Shown piece by piece: positions 20,604-30,578 of a stretch of DNA of 59,519 nucleotides; positions within the stretch are counted from its first letter, which is position 1, and each line of letters opens with the position of its first letter. The notes below the pieces were generated by a model. It was not told the DNA's origin, ran no database searches, and saw only the letters and a list, made by a program, of their open reading frames with translations. The position numbers were made by a program, and so were the translations under genes. This stretch comes from Polyangia bacterium (GTDB lineage Bacteria; Myxococcota_A; Polyangia; JAAYKL01), in contig JBNKCR010000016.1 of NCBI GenBank assembly GCA_050287845.1, positions 1-59,519 on the forward strand, read 5' to 3'.

Positions 20604-21533
20604 GTGAAACAACTACTTCTCGCCATCTTCATTGTATCGATCTCTGTTATGGGACAGTGCATCACCGTCCATGCGGAAGATGCTGTTGTATCCTTCACGA
20701 ACGCCCGGAATGCGTTTGATGCGGGGGAATATCGGAAAGCGGCCTCCAGATTTGAAGCCATGATTGAAAAGGGGCTGGACAACGAAGCATTGCTGATGGA
20801 AACCCACAAGTATCTCGGCGTCTGCTATATTTTCCTGGCCGACGAGAAAAATGCCGAAGATCAATTCCTCAAGCTGCTGAATCTGGATCCGAATTTCAAG
20901 CTGGATCCCCTGGTTTTTCCCATTGACGTGGTGGATTTTTTCACCGCGGTTCAGCGGAAACACGCCCTCGAACTCAAAGAAATCGCCGAGGCGGAGGCCA
21001 AAGCGGAGGAAGCCCGCAAAAAAGCGGAAGAAAAACGTCGACTGGAGGAAATAGAACAGTTGCGCACCACCGTGTACCTGGAACGACATGTCAAATGGCA
21101 CTCCCGGCTGGTGGCCGTGATGCCGTTCGGCGCCGGCCAGTTTCAGAATGGCCACAAACGCAAGGGCATGATTTTCCTCACCGGAGAACTGGCTCTGCTG
21201 GGCGCCTGTATCACAACCTATGCGTTACATGCCAGCCTGCGAAATGAGTCCCGAACTCCGTTTTATAACGCCGACACCCGCAAAAAATACGAGCGTCTGG
21301 AAATCGGATATCGCTCTGCAAATCTCATCAGTGTCGGCACGCTCGGTCTCGTGGCCCTGCTGGGCATCCTGGATTCGCTGCACTATTTCAAACCTACGAC
21401 GGTCCATTGGAAAAAAATTAAAGAAGACGACGTACCGGAGAATCTCAGAACCAGAAAGCGAAAGCCCCGGGCGGCGCTGTCTCCCTTTTTCACAGGTCAT
21501 GGGGCCGGACTTGGTGCGGTGGGCACCTTCTGA
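20604..21533 (+). CDS. Exported TPR protein with C-terminal hydrophobic segments
   Basis: Signal peptide, TPR-like helices, charged coiled coil, MPFGAGQFQNG motif, terminal GLGAVGTF. Confidence 0.75.
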   Translation: MKQLLLAIFIVSISVMGQCITVHAEDAVVSFTNARNAFDAGEYRKAASRFEAMIEKGLDNEALLMETHKYLGVCYIFLADEKNAEDQFLKLLNLDPNFKLDPLVFPIDVVDFFTAVQRKHALELKEIAEAEAKAEEARKKAEEKRRLEEIEQLRTTVYLERHVKWHSRLVAVMPFGAGQFQNGHKRKGMIFLTGELALLGACITTYALHASLRNESRTPFYNADTRKKYERLEIGYRSANLISVGTLGLVALLGILDSLHYFKPTTVHWKKIKEDDVPENLRTRKRKPRAALSPFFTGHGAGLGAVGTF

Positions 21534-21548
21534 CCAGTTAAATCAATT

Positions 21549-24101
21549 ATGCGTTTTATGTGGAAATATTTCAGAACCCGTCTGCCAGTGATTCTCGCCC
21601 TCACCGCGATTGCCACTGTCTACGTGGCGGTTACCTCGGATTTCGAGGCGGATTCCCCGCTTGCCGAACAGATTTCCACGGCGACCGGACTTCACATATC
21701 TCCGGATTCCGTCCGCTTTATCGAACCGTTTGACGCCGCCAATCTGCATTCGGCCACACGCTTTCACGAACTGGCCTTTCTGGCCACCGACGGCAAATCC
21801 CCGCACCGGGACCTCTATCTGGCAAAAGTCAAGCTATCCCCCGGGCCCGGACTCATCGATGTGTCATCCCCGATAAATCTCACCCACTCCGATGCTGGCG
21901 ATGACTACCTGTTCGAAATTCGCCGACACCTGATTATTGTATCCACACGGGTACTGGGTCAGGTGCGCTCCCTGACGATATTTGATCTCCGGGGCGTCCG
22001 GTTTCCTGAGGACGAAGACTGGGACACCCTGCAGCGGACGCTGGCCAGGCTCACGGATTTTCAGAAAACCGGCAGGTGGAAGGGCATTGCCAAAACCACT
22101 GTCCGATTCGACAATCCCGCCAGAAACGCTGATTTTTCAGTGGTCGATACCCCGGACCAATTCGCACTCTCGCTCCGGTGGACTGACAGCAGTCAGACCC
22201 GGCATGCCGCGCGGGTTAATTTAAATACCATGAAAACCGCAGACCCCGGGATTCAGGTGCTTGCGGAGGTTCGACTGCCCAAACGGCCGGTACTCTGGAC
22301 CGTGGATACCGTGCGAAGTCTGGACTGGATTGGCCCCGGACCCATTGAATGGGCGGAGGGACGCTTTTTTGCCATGAAAGACCGGATTCATCAATTGAAG
22401 TATTCCATCTCCGGAGACGATGAATCCAATGGATCGAATGTGTTTGCCGCCACCCCGCGCCACATTGAACTCAAGCTTCCCGAAGGCACCGAGGTCGGCG
22501 ACTACAATCCGCTGACGTGGCCCCCGGAGGAACTGGAAGCCCCGGTATTTTCCAGGAAAAAAACCGGGGAGGGCGAGTGGATACCGGCGGATCCCGATTT
22601 CGTGAAAACCCTGCCCAATGCGCCACCATCCATTTACAAAACCTATATCCGGACCGATCGCAGTCGCCCGTATACCCATGTGAATCTGTATGCCATGGAC
22701 ACGCGACAGCTGTCGCTGCACATGGTGGGCGGCCACGAGGATCCCATTTCAACCACTGGCGAAGTGGGAACCGGACAATTGCCCAGAGATAAGGAAACCG
22801 TTGAAAAAATCGCCCTGGTGTTCAACGGCGCCTTCAAGACCATTCACGGGGAATACGGTATGATGGCCGATCGCACCGTGCTGTTACCCCCAAAGGATGA
22901 AGCCGCCACCGTGGCCACCGACAATGATGGCCGAGTGGCCCTCGGTACGTGGCCTGCGGGGCAGGAAATCCCGGACACCATGGTATCATTTCGCCAGAAC
23001 ATGGATCCCCTCCTCGAAAACGGCGTGGTAAATCCCAAAAGGCGATATCTCTGGGGGTTCACCCTTGGCAGCGATATTTCCCAGATGAATACCATCCGCT
23101 CCGGACTCTGCATCCGGGACGACGGCATTCTCATTTATGCCTGGGGCGACGATTTAACCGCCATTACCCTTGGCGAAGCCATGCGCGCTGCGAAATGCAG
23201 CTACGGCATTCATCTGGATATGAATCCGTTCCACACCAGTTTTGTGGCCTTTCAGATGACCTGGCGGGGCGATGATGTTCTGCCGAAATTTGAATATCGC
23301 AAGCTGATAAAAGATATCCGGTTCTGGCCGGACAGATACGTGCACGGCGCCCCCAAAGACTTTTTCTATATGACCCTCCGAGATACAACGCCGCCGGGAC
23401 AGGACTGGACGACCCAGAATATCACCCAACCGGCGCCCGCATTTTTACCCGCGATTTTCAAGCGCGAAAAAAGCAGCATATCGATGCTGGCCATTGATTC
23501 GGATGCCGTCCAACCCATTCTCCTGCCCGGCGTGGTACCCGGGGTGACCGCAGACGGGACGGACAGTGTTGCGGACAATCTCCCGGACGACCTCAACCTG
23601 GTGGGGGAAATGCTGCTCGGCAAATGGTCTTCCAACCGGGGGCAGATGACCGGGGGAACCATTGTGGCCACCCTGAAACCGGATGCCCCGACCCTGTATC
23701 TCGATGCGGATGGCGCGATGCACATCGCGGCGTGGAGCCCGGCGCAACTCAGGACGCAGAACGCCATTCAGGGAGAATGGCTCATCCGGAATGGCGAAAT
23801 ATCCGGCGCCCGGAGAGAAATTCTGGCCGTCGGCAGACTCGATAAGTGGATTTATCTGGCGCGGGGCAATGGGGCCACCGTGGCGGCGGAATTCATGAAG
23901 ATGGGAATCCGGGACGCTATCCTTTTCGATGGTGATAATGGCGATATTCTCCTGCGCAGCAGTGGCCGCATGACCACCATTGACGGCACTCCCCGCACCA
24001 GCCGTGATATATCCCCGGCGGCGCTTCGATTCAGTGCCCGGGCACGGGGACCATTCGGCACGCGTCTCAGTGAATTTTTTCCATCCGCAGCGGACAGATA
24101 A
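21549..24101 (+). CDS. Membrane-anchored protein with phosphodiester glycosidase (NAGPA/DUF2233)-like domain
   Basis: N-terminal TM; FNGAFK..HG, SFRQN, RSGL, HLDMN motifs. Confidence 0.6.
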   Translation: MRFMWKYFRTRLPVILALTAIATVYVAVTSDFEADSPLAEQISTATGLHISPDSVRFIEPFDAANLHSATRFHELAFLATDGKSPHRDLYLAKVKLSPGPGLIDVSSPINLTHSDAGDDYLFEIRRHLIIVSTRVLGQVRSLTIFDLRGVRFPEDEDWDTLQRTLARLTDFQKTGRWKGIAKTTVRFDNPARNADFSVVDTPDQFALSLRWTDSSQTRHAARVNLNTMKTADPGIQVLAEVRLPKRPVLWTVDTVRSLDWIGPGPIEWAEGRFFAMKDRIHQLKYSISGDDESNGSNVFAATPRHIELKLPEGTEVGDYNPLTWPPEELEAPVFSRKKTGEGEWIPADPDFVKTLPNAPPSIYKTYIRTDRSRPYTHVNLYAMDTRQLSLHMVGGHEDPISTTGEVGTGQLPRDKETVEKIALVFNGAFKTIHGEYGMMADRTVLLPPKDEAATVATDNDGRVALGTWPAGQEIPDTMVSFRQNMDPLLENGVVNPKRRYLWGFTLGSDISQMNTIRSGLCIRDDGILIYAWGDDLTAITLGEAMRAAKCSYGIHLDMNPFHTSFVAFQMTWRGDDVLPKFEYRKLIKDIRFWPDRYVHGAPKDFFYMTLRDTTPPGQDWTTQNITQPAPAFLPAIFKREKSSISMLAIDSDAVQPILLPGVVPGVTADGTDSVADNLPDDLNLVGEMLLGKWSSNRGQMTGGTIVATLKPDAPTLYLDADGAMHIAAWSPAQLRTQNAIQGEWLIRNGEISGARREILAVGRLDKWIYLARGNGATVAAEFMKMGIRDAILFDGDNGDILLRSSGRMTTIDGTPRTSRDISPAALRFSARARGPFGTRLSEFFPSAADR

Positions 24102-24153
24102 TCTAGGCGCTGCCATTTATTTGTGCTATCATAACGCAACGCAGTGTTTTGAT

Positions 24154-24756
24154 ATGGGAAAAGCTAAAACAAATTCACCACTTCTCGGCTACAATACCAA
24201 TGTTCGTCACGGGGGACATCTGTTCCATATTCAGACTGAAGATTCTGGTGTGGACCATCCTCATGTGATTACGCACCTGTTTACCGAGGGCACCATTCTG
24301 TCGTCAAAGAAAACCGAATATGACGAGCATCTTGAAAAAGGTAACTATGAAGATATCGTCCGGCAGTTGATGAAGGACCAGCATAAGGCGATGTTTGTGG
24401 AGCTGCGGGATGGGGTCCACGATGAAATCGCCGAAAAAATACTCGGCCACGCGCTGGATCACGCCACCGGTGGCAAAACCCGAACGATAAAACCCGGCGC
24501 CAAAAGCGGATTCACGGTGCAAAGCGAACAGGCGCCCTATCCAGCGTCCGGCTCTATCGATATTGCCGCAACGGTGGCTGCCGTTGCTCCGGCGTCCATG
24601 ACCCCCCATGCAGAGGCAGGTGTTCCCGAGCTATCACGGGGCATATCGATCTTTGATACCCCCGATGCCAATGGCACGTTCGGCGATTCACTCATCAGTG
24701 ATAAGTCGCTGGATGAAGTGATTCTCAATTACCTTTCCGACGAACTCGACGAATAA
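24154..24756 (+). CDS. Conserved hypothetical protein
   Basis: LGYNTNVRH..FHIQTEDSG..HP..ITHLF, MKDQHKAM and C-terminal KSLDEVILNYL motifs recalled from myxobacterial hypotheticals; ATG 24154. Confidence 0.75.
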   Translation: MGKAKTNSPLLGYNTNVRHGGHLFHIQTEDSGVDHPHVITHLFTEGTILSSKKTEYDEHLEKGNYEDIVRQLMKDQHKAMFVELRDGVHDEIAEKILGHALDHATGGKTRTIKPGAKSGFTVQSEQAPYPASGSIDIAATVAAVAPASMTPHAEAGVPELSRGISIFDTPDANGTFGDSLISDKSLDEVILNYLSDELDE

Positions 24757-24807
24757 TACAGCGGCAGATTGCCGATTGACGTCACGCGGTGCGGATTCGT
24801 CTGTGCT

Positions 24808-25764
24808 TCAGGAATCCTGCACATCACAGTGAATGGGAAAATGATCGGAGGCCTGTTTGGCATCGTCGGTTTTTTTCGCAATGGCGCCGGAGTTCATCAC
24901 ATAACGGAAATCAGCAGTTTCGCGCAGCATCCCCGGCGATACAAAAATATGATCCAGCCACGCCCGGTGCAGACTGAAATTGGCCACAATGCGGTCCGGA
25001 TACTCAGTGGTCCACAATTCCTTCTGTCGGTCGCTCTCCATGTAATGCCACAGGGTGTTGTGCAGAATACGCCGGGGAGAATAAATACTGCCGGTAATGG
25101 TTTCCACAGCGCTGGCCCCCAGCATTTTCTCAAAGTGATCCAGACCCGGTTCATCATTTATGTCCCCCATGACAATCAATGCCCTGTCGGGATCTTCCAC
25201 AAGCAAACCATCGACCCGCTCGCGAACCTTTTTGGCCTGACCGTACAGTTTTTTTCGATTGGCCAGCGCCAGATGCTCATACTGGTGAATATCGGTTGTG
25301 AGAAATACGCCCTTGGATTTGAATGACACCAGAATAATCAGAATTGTGTTCCCGGTCAGCCGGTTGCGAAAAACCACTTCCAGGGGACGTCTTTCAAATG
25401 ACAGCTGCTCCTTGATGGTGTCGTTGTCAATATCTTCAATCCACTCCCCATAGAATGCGTAGTGTTCATCCACCGATATCGCCTCAAAGGGCTCGCGATA
25501 GTAAAACACGAGATCCTGCTTTCCCCTGCGGTGGGCGCTTTTGGCCACCTGCAGGCGCAGGGGTGCCAGCTCCGGAAGATTCAAAAAAAAATCATGGTCT
25601 CCCCGGCGATCACTGGCCTCCACAATTCCAGCGATGTGAGGCAATGTCCGGGCAAGGGTTCTCGCCGCGGCTTCCCCCTGTTGTACCCCCTTCTCAGTAA
25701 AGTGGTTTTTCCGGAACAATCCCCGCATATTCTCAATGTTGTACGTTGTGATTCGGTACTGCAT
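24808..25764 (-). CDS. Endonuclease/exonuclease/phosphatase (EEP) family protein
   Basis: TYNIEN, MGDIND, LDHIFVS, SDHFP catalytic motifs. Confidence 0.92.
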   Translation of the reverse strand: MQYRITTYNIENMRGLFRKNHFTEKGVQQGEAAARTLARTLPHIAGIVEASDRRGDHDFFLNLPELAPLRLQVAKSAHRRGKQDLVFYYREPFEAISVDEHYAFYGEWIEDIDNDTIKEQLSFERRPLEVVFRNRLTGNTILIILVSFKSKGVFLTTDIHQYEHLALANRKKLYGQAKKVRERVDGLLVEDPDRALIVMGDINDEPGLDHFEKMLGASAVETITGSIYSPRRILHNTLWHYMESDRQKELWTTEYPDRIVANFSLHRAWLDHIFVSPGMLRETADFRYVMNSGAIAKKTDDAKQASDHFPIHCDVQDS

Positions 25765-25922
25765 CCTGCACTCCTGGTACGGTTACATCATCGGGATATC
25801 CGGTTTCCCCCTATCAGGCAAGCGGATTGTACACGCTCACCCGGTCAGAGCCAGTTACCTCGAAACAGATGCCCTTCTGAATTTCGGCACGGGATACACC
25901 GGAGGGCGTTGACGGTCCGGTT

Positions 25923-27413
25923 TCAATTTACAGCTGAAACATCCAGCCGCTGGGCGATGGACGCGCCAATCTGACTCATGATGGTGGTCCAGTTTTCTCT
26001 GCAGATTGAATACACAAATCCAAGAGATCCGAATTCCCGGGCTATCTGTACGATGCGGGAAGCGGGATAGGCGGCGGTGACCGGGCGATTGCCCATTTCT
26101 TCAGATTCTCCTTCCGCATACCGGGTACATGCGTATTCGAAATAGTTCTGTCTTGATCCCCCGTCCCCCACCTCTCGCTCTACAGTATCGGGACTGCCCA
26201 TGGTGCCGGTTCCGTTCACATTCGGCCGTACGTTCAGGCAGTCGCCAATCTGATCGCCGCGCCCCTCGCACACTGAGCCGACCGGCACGCCGGTAATGGC
26301 GGCAAACATCATCGTTCCGGTGGCATCTGCACCACTGATGGCGCTTTTGGCGGCGACAATGTCTTCCTGCAGCTGTTTCACATCATGCATCATTCCCGGA
26401 TGACGACCACAGGCCAGATTGATGTCGGCGGTCCCCAATTCGTTCACGTGGTACCAATCAGGATCAGCGATAGAACAGTCTTCTTCGTCTGTAATCATCA
26501 CCACCACCGTCATGGCATTGGCGCGAAGAAACGCCTGTCCCCGGGAGCTGTTCATCGCTGCAGATACCGCAGCCAGGGGTTGCTCAATGTTGCAGCCGCC
26601 CGTCCCCCGCTGGGTGAGACAGGCACCGGCGGCAATGAAATCCGCAAATTGGATAGCCCCGGAAATCCGGTTCCGGGGAGTGAGATATCGCCCATCGCCG
26701 AGGTAATCAGTTACCGGCGGACATTCAACCTTTGTGAAATCGTTGATTGGCGCACAGACCCCATTGCCCATCATGTCCCGGTGCACACAGGCCCAATCCG
26801 CAGGGCATCCCATGGGTTCCGTATTGCCGTTACATGTGATTTCATCATCGGAGACTGCGATGGTCAGGGCGCCGGCACCTTCCATCCCCATGGAATAATC
26901 CCCAATCAACACCCCATTATCGCCATGATCACTGCATTTGGGGTCAAAAAACCAGGACTCCTCCCCGGCGAGCACCCCCCCCTCATAACTGACCCCCATG
27001 TCACTGGTAATCACCCCCAGACGCAAATCAATATCGGCGTGACCCACGCCGGCCAGAAGAGAATTGATCATGGCGTACATGGAGGTGGCCAGCAACTCCT
27101 GTTCCTGTTCCATCGAATTGCTGTTGTCCACCACAAATAGCAGCTCCACTGCATTCAGAGACGGCACCGGAGACACGGTGTCCGTGTCTGAATCACTGTT
27201 TTCCGGATGGCCATTACTCTTGCAAATCCCGTTCCGACAAATCCCGCTGTCGCAGTCCTCATGAATGACGCACGCCACACCGGCGGTGGTATCGGCGCAT
27301 CCCGCCACCGTCAGCAGCACCATCAGCATGAACCACACCAAACCCCGAATCGACGGCATTATTTTTCGGGAAGAGTGACAGCCCGGTTGTCCCATGGAAA
27401 TTTTCTCCATCAT
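25923..27413 (-). CDS. Cys-rich lipoprotein with vWA-like (DxSxS) domain
   Basis: LTVAGC lipobox, Cys-rich N-term, LLFVVDNSNSMEQEQ, GVITSDMG, EQPLAA, ITDEEDCS; ATGA overlap with caspase gene (start may be later). Confidence 0.8.
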   Translation of the reverse strand: MMEKISMGQPGCHSSRKIMPSIRGLVWFMLMVLLTVAGCADTTAGVACVIHEDCDSGICRNGICKSNGHPENSDSDTDTVSPVPSLNAVELLFVVDNSNSMEQEQELLATSMYAMINSLLAGVGHADIDLRLGVITSDMGVSYEGGVLAGEESWFFDPKCSDHGDNGVLIGDYSMGMEGAGALTIAVSDDEITCNGNTEPMGCPADWACVHRDMMGNGVCAPINDFTKVECPPVTDYLGDGRYLTPRNRISGAIQFADFIAAGACLTQRGTGGCNIEQPLAAVSAAMNSSRGQAFLRANAMTVVVMITDEEDCSIADPDWYHVNELGTADINLACGRHPGMMHDVKQLQEDIVAAKSAISGADATGTMMFAAITGVPVGSVCEGRGDQIGDCLNVRPNVNGTGTMGSPDTVEREVGDGGSRQNYFEYACTRYAEGESEEMGNRPVTAAYPASRIVQIAREFGSLGFVYSICRENWTTIMSQIGASIAQRLDVSAVN

Positions 27414-29038
27414 ATGGTTCGCACATACAGGTTCAGACCGGCGTTCAGCGACATCCCCCAGAAATGCTCCCGGGATGCCGACGCGGCCTTGGCCCAGGTG
27501 GCGCCAGTACGCAGAAACACCGCGGCATTGAAACGACGGTCCTTATGAAACAGCCAGGTGGCCTTTCCTCCGAACCCGACACTGTTGGACTGCTGCAGCG
27601 ATGTATCGTTGAACTCCTGCCAGACATGCATGTACTCCACATCCAGTCCAATACTCAGCCGATTGCTGGATATATCCATTGCCGGTCCCCCTTCCAGACT
27701 CGCAATCAGGCTGTCGGCGTCGTATCCCCAAACCCCGCTGTCCCGGTCTTCTCCCATCCATCCACTGCGCATCCCCAGATAAAAGCGCGGAAAATCCAGG
27801 CGCAGGGGCATTGAAACCATGTGCCCATTGGAAAGCAACCCATTGGCGGTGTAACTGTACGAATACGATCCGCCGACCAGCATCGAAACCTTCATATGTT
27901 TCTGACGCAACTCAATGGTCTGCAGGTCATCCGTTCCCTTGCTCCACAGGGTATCGCTGGAATAGGCCAGTGGCGTGGCCGCATTCAGTTCCGATTGCCG
28001 GCGCAGTACCAGTTCACCGCCGTTTTCCACATGAAAGCTTCTGGAGAAAGTGATGGTATCGCCATCCACATAGCTCAGCGTGACCTCTCCGGGATACAGA
28101 GGCACTTTTTTCCGGGCACCGGCCCGTTTTTCAATGAGTTCCGTCAACTGGCCGTCGGCATAGGAAAGCACGAACTGGCCATGCAGCTCCCTGGACATTT
28201 CCAGGGAAGCGGTTCGCTCCAGCGGAAATGAAAAGAACACCGGCGCGCTGGACTTGAGTTCAGAGATATACTGCTGGGGTTCCTGGGTGCGATTCTGTTT
28301 TCGGGTGTACTGCACCGTTTTTTCCCGGGCGTAGTTCCATATGCTGTCCAGGGTAATCCCGGGCCCGCTGCGGGGGGCCTCGGTCAGCGCTCTGATGAAA
28401 AAATGCGTAAACACCCCCCCAAGGCGAGTGTCCTCATAACTGACCTGACGGGCACCGCTCGATACATACCAGACCCGACCTCTGGCATTGAGCACTTCTC
28501 TGGGCATTTCTGAAAACATGTTGAACCCCGGAGTGGATACCACGCCCTTGGGGGATAGAGAACCACTGTGGCAGGCGTCAAATACCCCTACCGCGAAATC
28601 CGCATCCACCTGTTCAAACATCCGGCCCAGTTCGCTGGCGTACAGGGGACCGTCCTCCATGAGCAACCGCCCCTGCAACCCGTGGCCGGTGAAATAAAAA
28701 AGAAAAATGGCATCCATTTCTCCCAGGGTAGCGGCATCCGCTCTTCGTTGCCGGGCAATTCGGGCAATGGCTTTTTTCACATCCGCGCGGGTGGCGCCGG
28801 TAAGCAGCAATGTACGCTTTGAGTCTGCCGTGAAATTGGCCAGCCCCACCAGCTTCCGTTTCAGCTTTTCCGCCTCTTTTTCCGCATATCGCAGGGCAGT
28901 GAAAGGAGAGCTGCCATCGCTGTCCACTCCGGTGTTGTTCCCCACAATCAGGGCATAGCGGACCGTGGCGGCACCCGCCTCTCCCGAGACCGACAGAAGC
29001 AACCCAAAAAGAAGAACCGGCATCAATCCCTTTTTCAT
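27410..29038 (-). CDS. Exported caspase-family (peptidase C14) protein with C-terminal beta-barrel-like region
   Basis: Signal peptide; RYALIVGNN, LRYAEKEA, FYFTGHG (His), FDACHSG (Cys), GGVFTHF, QEP; alternating beta-strand C-terminus. Confidence 0.88.
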   Translation of the reverse strand: MKKGLMPVLLFGLLLSVSGEAGAATVRYALIVGNNTGVDSDGSSPFTALRYAEKEAEKLKRKLVGLANFTADSKRTLLLTGATRADVKKAIARIARQRRADAATLGEMDAIFLFYFTGHGLQGRLLMEDGPLYASELGRMFEQVDADFAVGVFDACHSGSLSPKGVVSTPGFNMFSEMPREVLNARGRVWYVSSGARQVSYEDTRLGGVFTHFFIRALTEAPRSGPGITLDSIWNYAREKTVQYTRKQNRTQEPQQYISELKSSAPVFFSFPLERTASLEMSRELHGQFVLSYADGQLTELIEKRAGARKKVPLYPGEVTLSYVDGDTITFSRSFHVENGGELVLRRQSELNAATPLAYSSDTLWSKGTDDLQTIELRQKHMKVSMLVGGSYSYSYTANGLLSNGHMVSMPLRLDFPRFYLGMRSGWMGEDRDSGVWGYDADSLIASLEGGPAMDISSNRLSIGLDVEYMHVWQEFNDTSLQQSNSVGFGGKATWLFHKDRRFNAAVFLRTGATWAKAASASREHFWGMSLNAGLNLYVRTI

Positions 29039-29045
29039 ATACGCC

Positions 29046-29849
29046 TCAATTCCGAATCCGCTGCACTTTCACCTGCATCTCTTTCATCCCGTCTATGGTC
29101 AGGGTACAGTCGTCTGATATAGTCAACCCGTCTGCTAGGTGCCCGCCAAGCGTCGAAACGGACATCTCCTTCCCGGTAAAAATCGCCACCGTCCACTCGC
29201 AGGTCGTGGCCGGTGTTACGATGGCCCCGTCTTTCAGGGGAATCCGGGTACCCGCCAGAACCGAACGGGTCCGATCTGAATCAGTGGGATACAGTACCGA
29301 AACCTTTCCCGTCCCGTCCACGTGAAACAGCGCCAGATGTGCATTCCGGGAAGCGGAGTAAAAGAATCCCAGCTGATCGCCGGTTCTCACCGTCTCACCG
29401 TGACGCAGGGGAAATGCGGCGCCATTGCGGCTGACGGCGATTTCCAGGTCGAACACTGCTCCTTTGGGAGTGAGCACCGCGTCTCTGTTGGCCTCCCCCG
29501 TCCCATGCCAGATAACCGCGCCAATTCCAGCGCAAATCCCAACCACCAGCGCCGCGGCAACCGACCACAGAATTCTGCGGGGCCGCACCCTCGCAAATCG
29601 ATAGGAATACGCATTGGCGTTGCCCGATGATTCCCGCGAATCGGTCATCTGCGAATACAATCCAACGGATTCCCGACACAGTTCGCAGTCTTTCAGGTGG
29701 GGAAACCGCAACAGAATTTTTGAGGGGGAATCTCCGCTCTCCAGCGCCGCGGCGATTTCTTCGGTGTGGGAACAATCGTCCTTCATATCGTACCCGGGGC
29801 GGCCGGTCAGCAGCGTTTCCAACCTGTCTATCGATATTTTATCATTCAT
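29046..29849 (-). CDS. ZAS-type anti-sigma factor with TM and DUF4384-like extracytoplasmic domain
   Basis: HLKDCELC (HxxxCxxC), TM ILWSVAAALVVGICAGIGAVIW, PKG..GDQLGF..VDGTGKVSVLYP; ATG 29849 overlaps sigma stop. Confidence 0.8.
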   Translation of the reverse strand: MNDKISIDRLETLLTGRPGYDMKDDCSHTEEIAAALESGDSPSKILLRFPHLKDCELCRESVGLYSQMTDSRESSGNANAYSYRFARVRPRRILWSVAAALVVGICAGIGAVIWHGTGEANRDAVLTPKGAVFDLEIAVSRNGAAFPLRHGETVRTGDQLGFFYSASRNAHLALFHVDGTGKVSVLYPTDSDRTRSVLAGTRIPLKDGAIVTPATTCEWTVAIFTGKEMSVSTLGGHLADGLTISDDCTLTIDGMKEMQVKVQRIRN

Positions 29850-30385
29850 TGGGCCACCGCCTTTCGCTGCAGACACTCCCGAATCAGGGTCAGACTTTTC
29901 TGCATCAATCGTCCGATGTACTGTTTGGTACCGCCCAGCATGTCCCCAATCTGCTCATTGGAAAGACCGTTCCGGTACTTGAGCCGAAGGGCGCTCTGGG
30001 CTTTGGGGGTCAAGGTTTCCATGCACTTTTCCAGACTGGTCATCAGAATAGGCGGTTCCGCATTCGCGCCAGCGTGTTCCGGCGGGGGTACCCGCAATTC
30101 ATCGAATCGTTCACCGTTCAACAGACGCTGCCTCTCCCGTACGGAACGCCGAATCGCCATGAGTTTGATATACGACCAGGCCCCATGGGGATTACTGAGA
30201 TTTTCCACATAGTGAAACATGAAATCATTGAGTAAATCCGTGGTCACATCCACAGCGGTCGGTCCCTGTCCAAGGACACGGGAGCAGATGGCGAGCACCG
30301 GTTCAAACCCGCTATTCCAAAAATCCCTCCGTGTGGCAACATCCCCCCGCTTCAACCGGAAAACCGTTTCTGACGAAATTTGCAC
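29846..30385 (-). CDS. ECF RNA polymerase sigma factor
   Basis: GTG 30385 after GGGAGG; divergent region 2 (DVTTDL, WSYIKLMAIRRS) and region 4 (LEKCMETLTPKAQSALRLKYRNGLSNEQIG). Confidence 0.85.
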   Translation of the reverse strand: MQISSETVFRLKRGDVATRRDFWNSGFEPVLAICSRVLGQGPTAVDVTTDLLNDFMFHYVENLSNPHGAWSYIKLMAIRRSVRERQRLLNGERFDELRVPPPEHAGANAEPPILMTSLEKCMETLTPKAQSALRLKYRNGLSNEQIGDMLGGTKQYIGRLMQKSLTLIRECLQRKAVAQ

Positions 30386-30578
30386 GATACCTCCCAATCG
30401 AATGTGTTTCTGCACTGCCAATACTGAATGACCCCCAACGGTCATATAAGTAACCCAAATTTTTTTTTTACCCCAAAAATCACACGGATGATCGCAGCGA
30501 AAAGCCATCGACACGCCCTGATACAAGTGATAAGTATGGGCCAAACTTGAAATCAGGCTGTTTGCCGGGAAGTGAATC

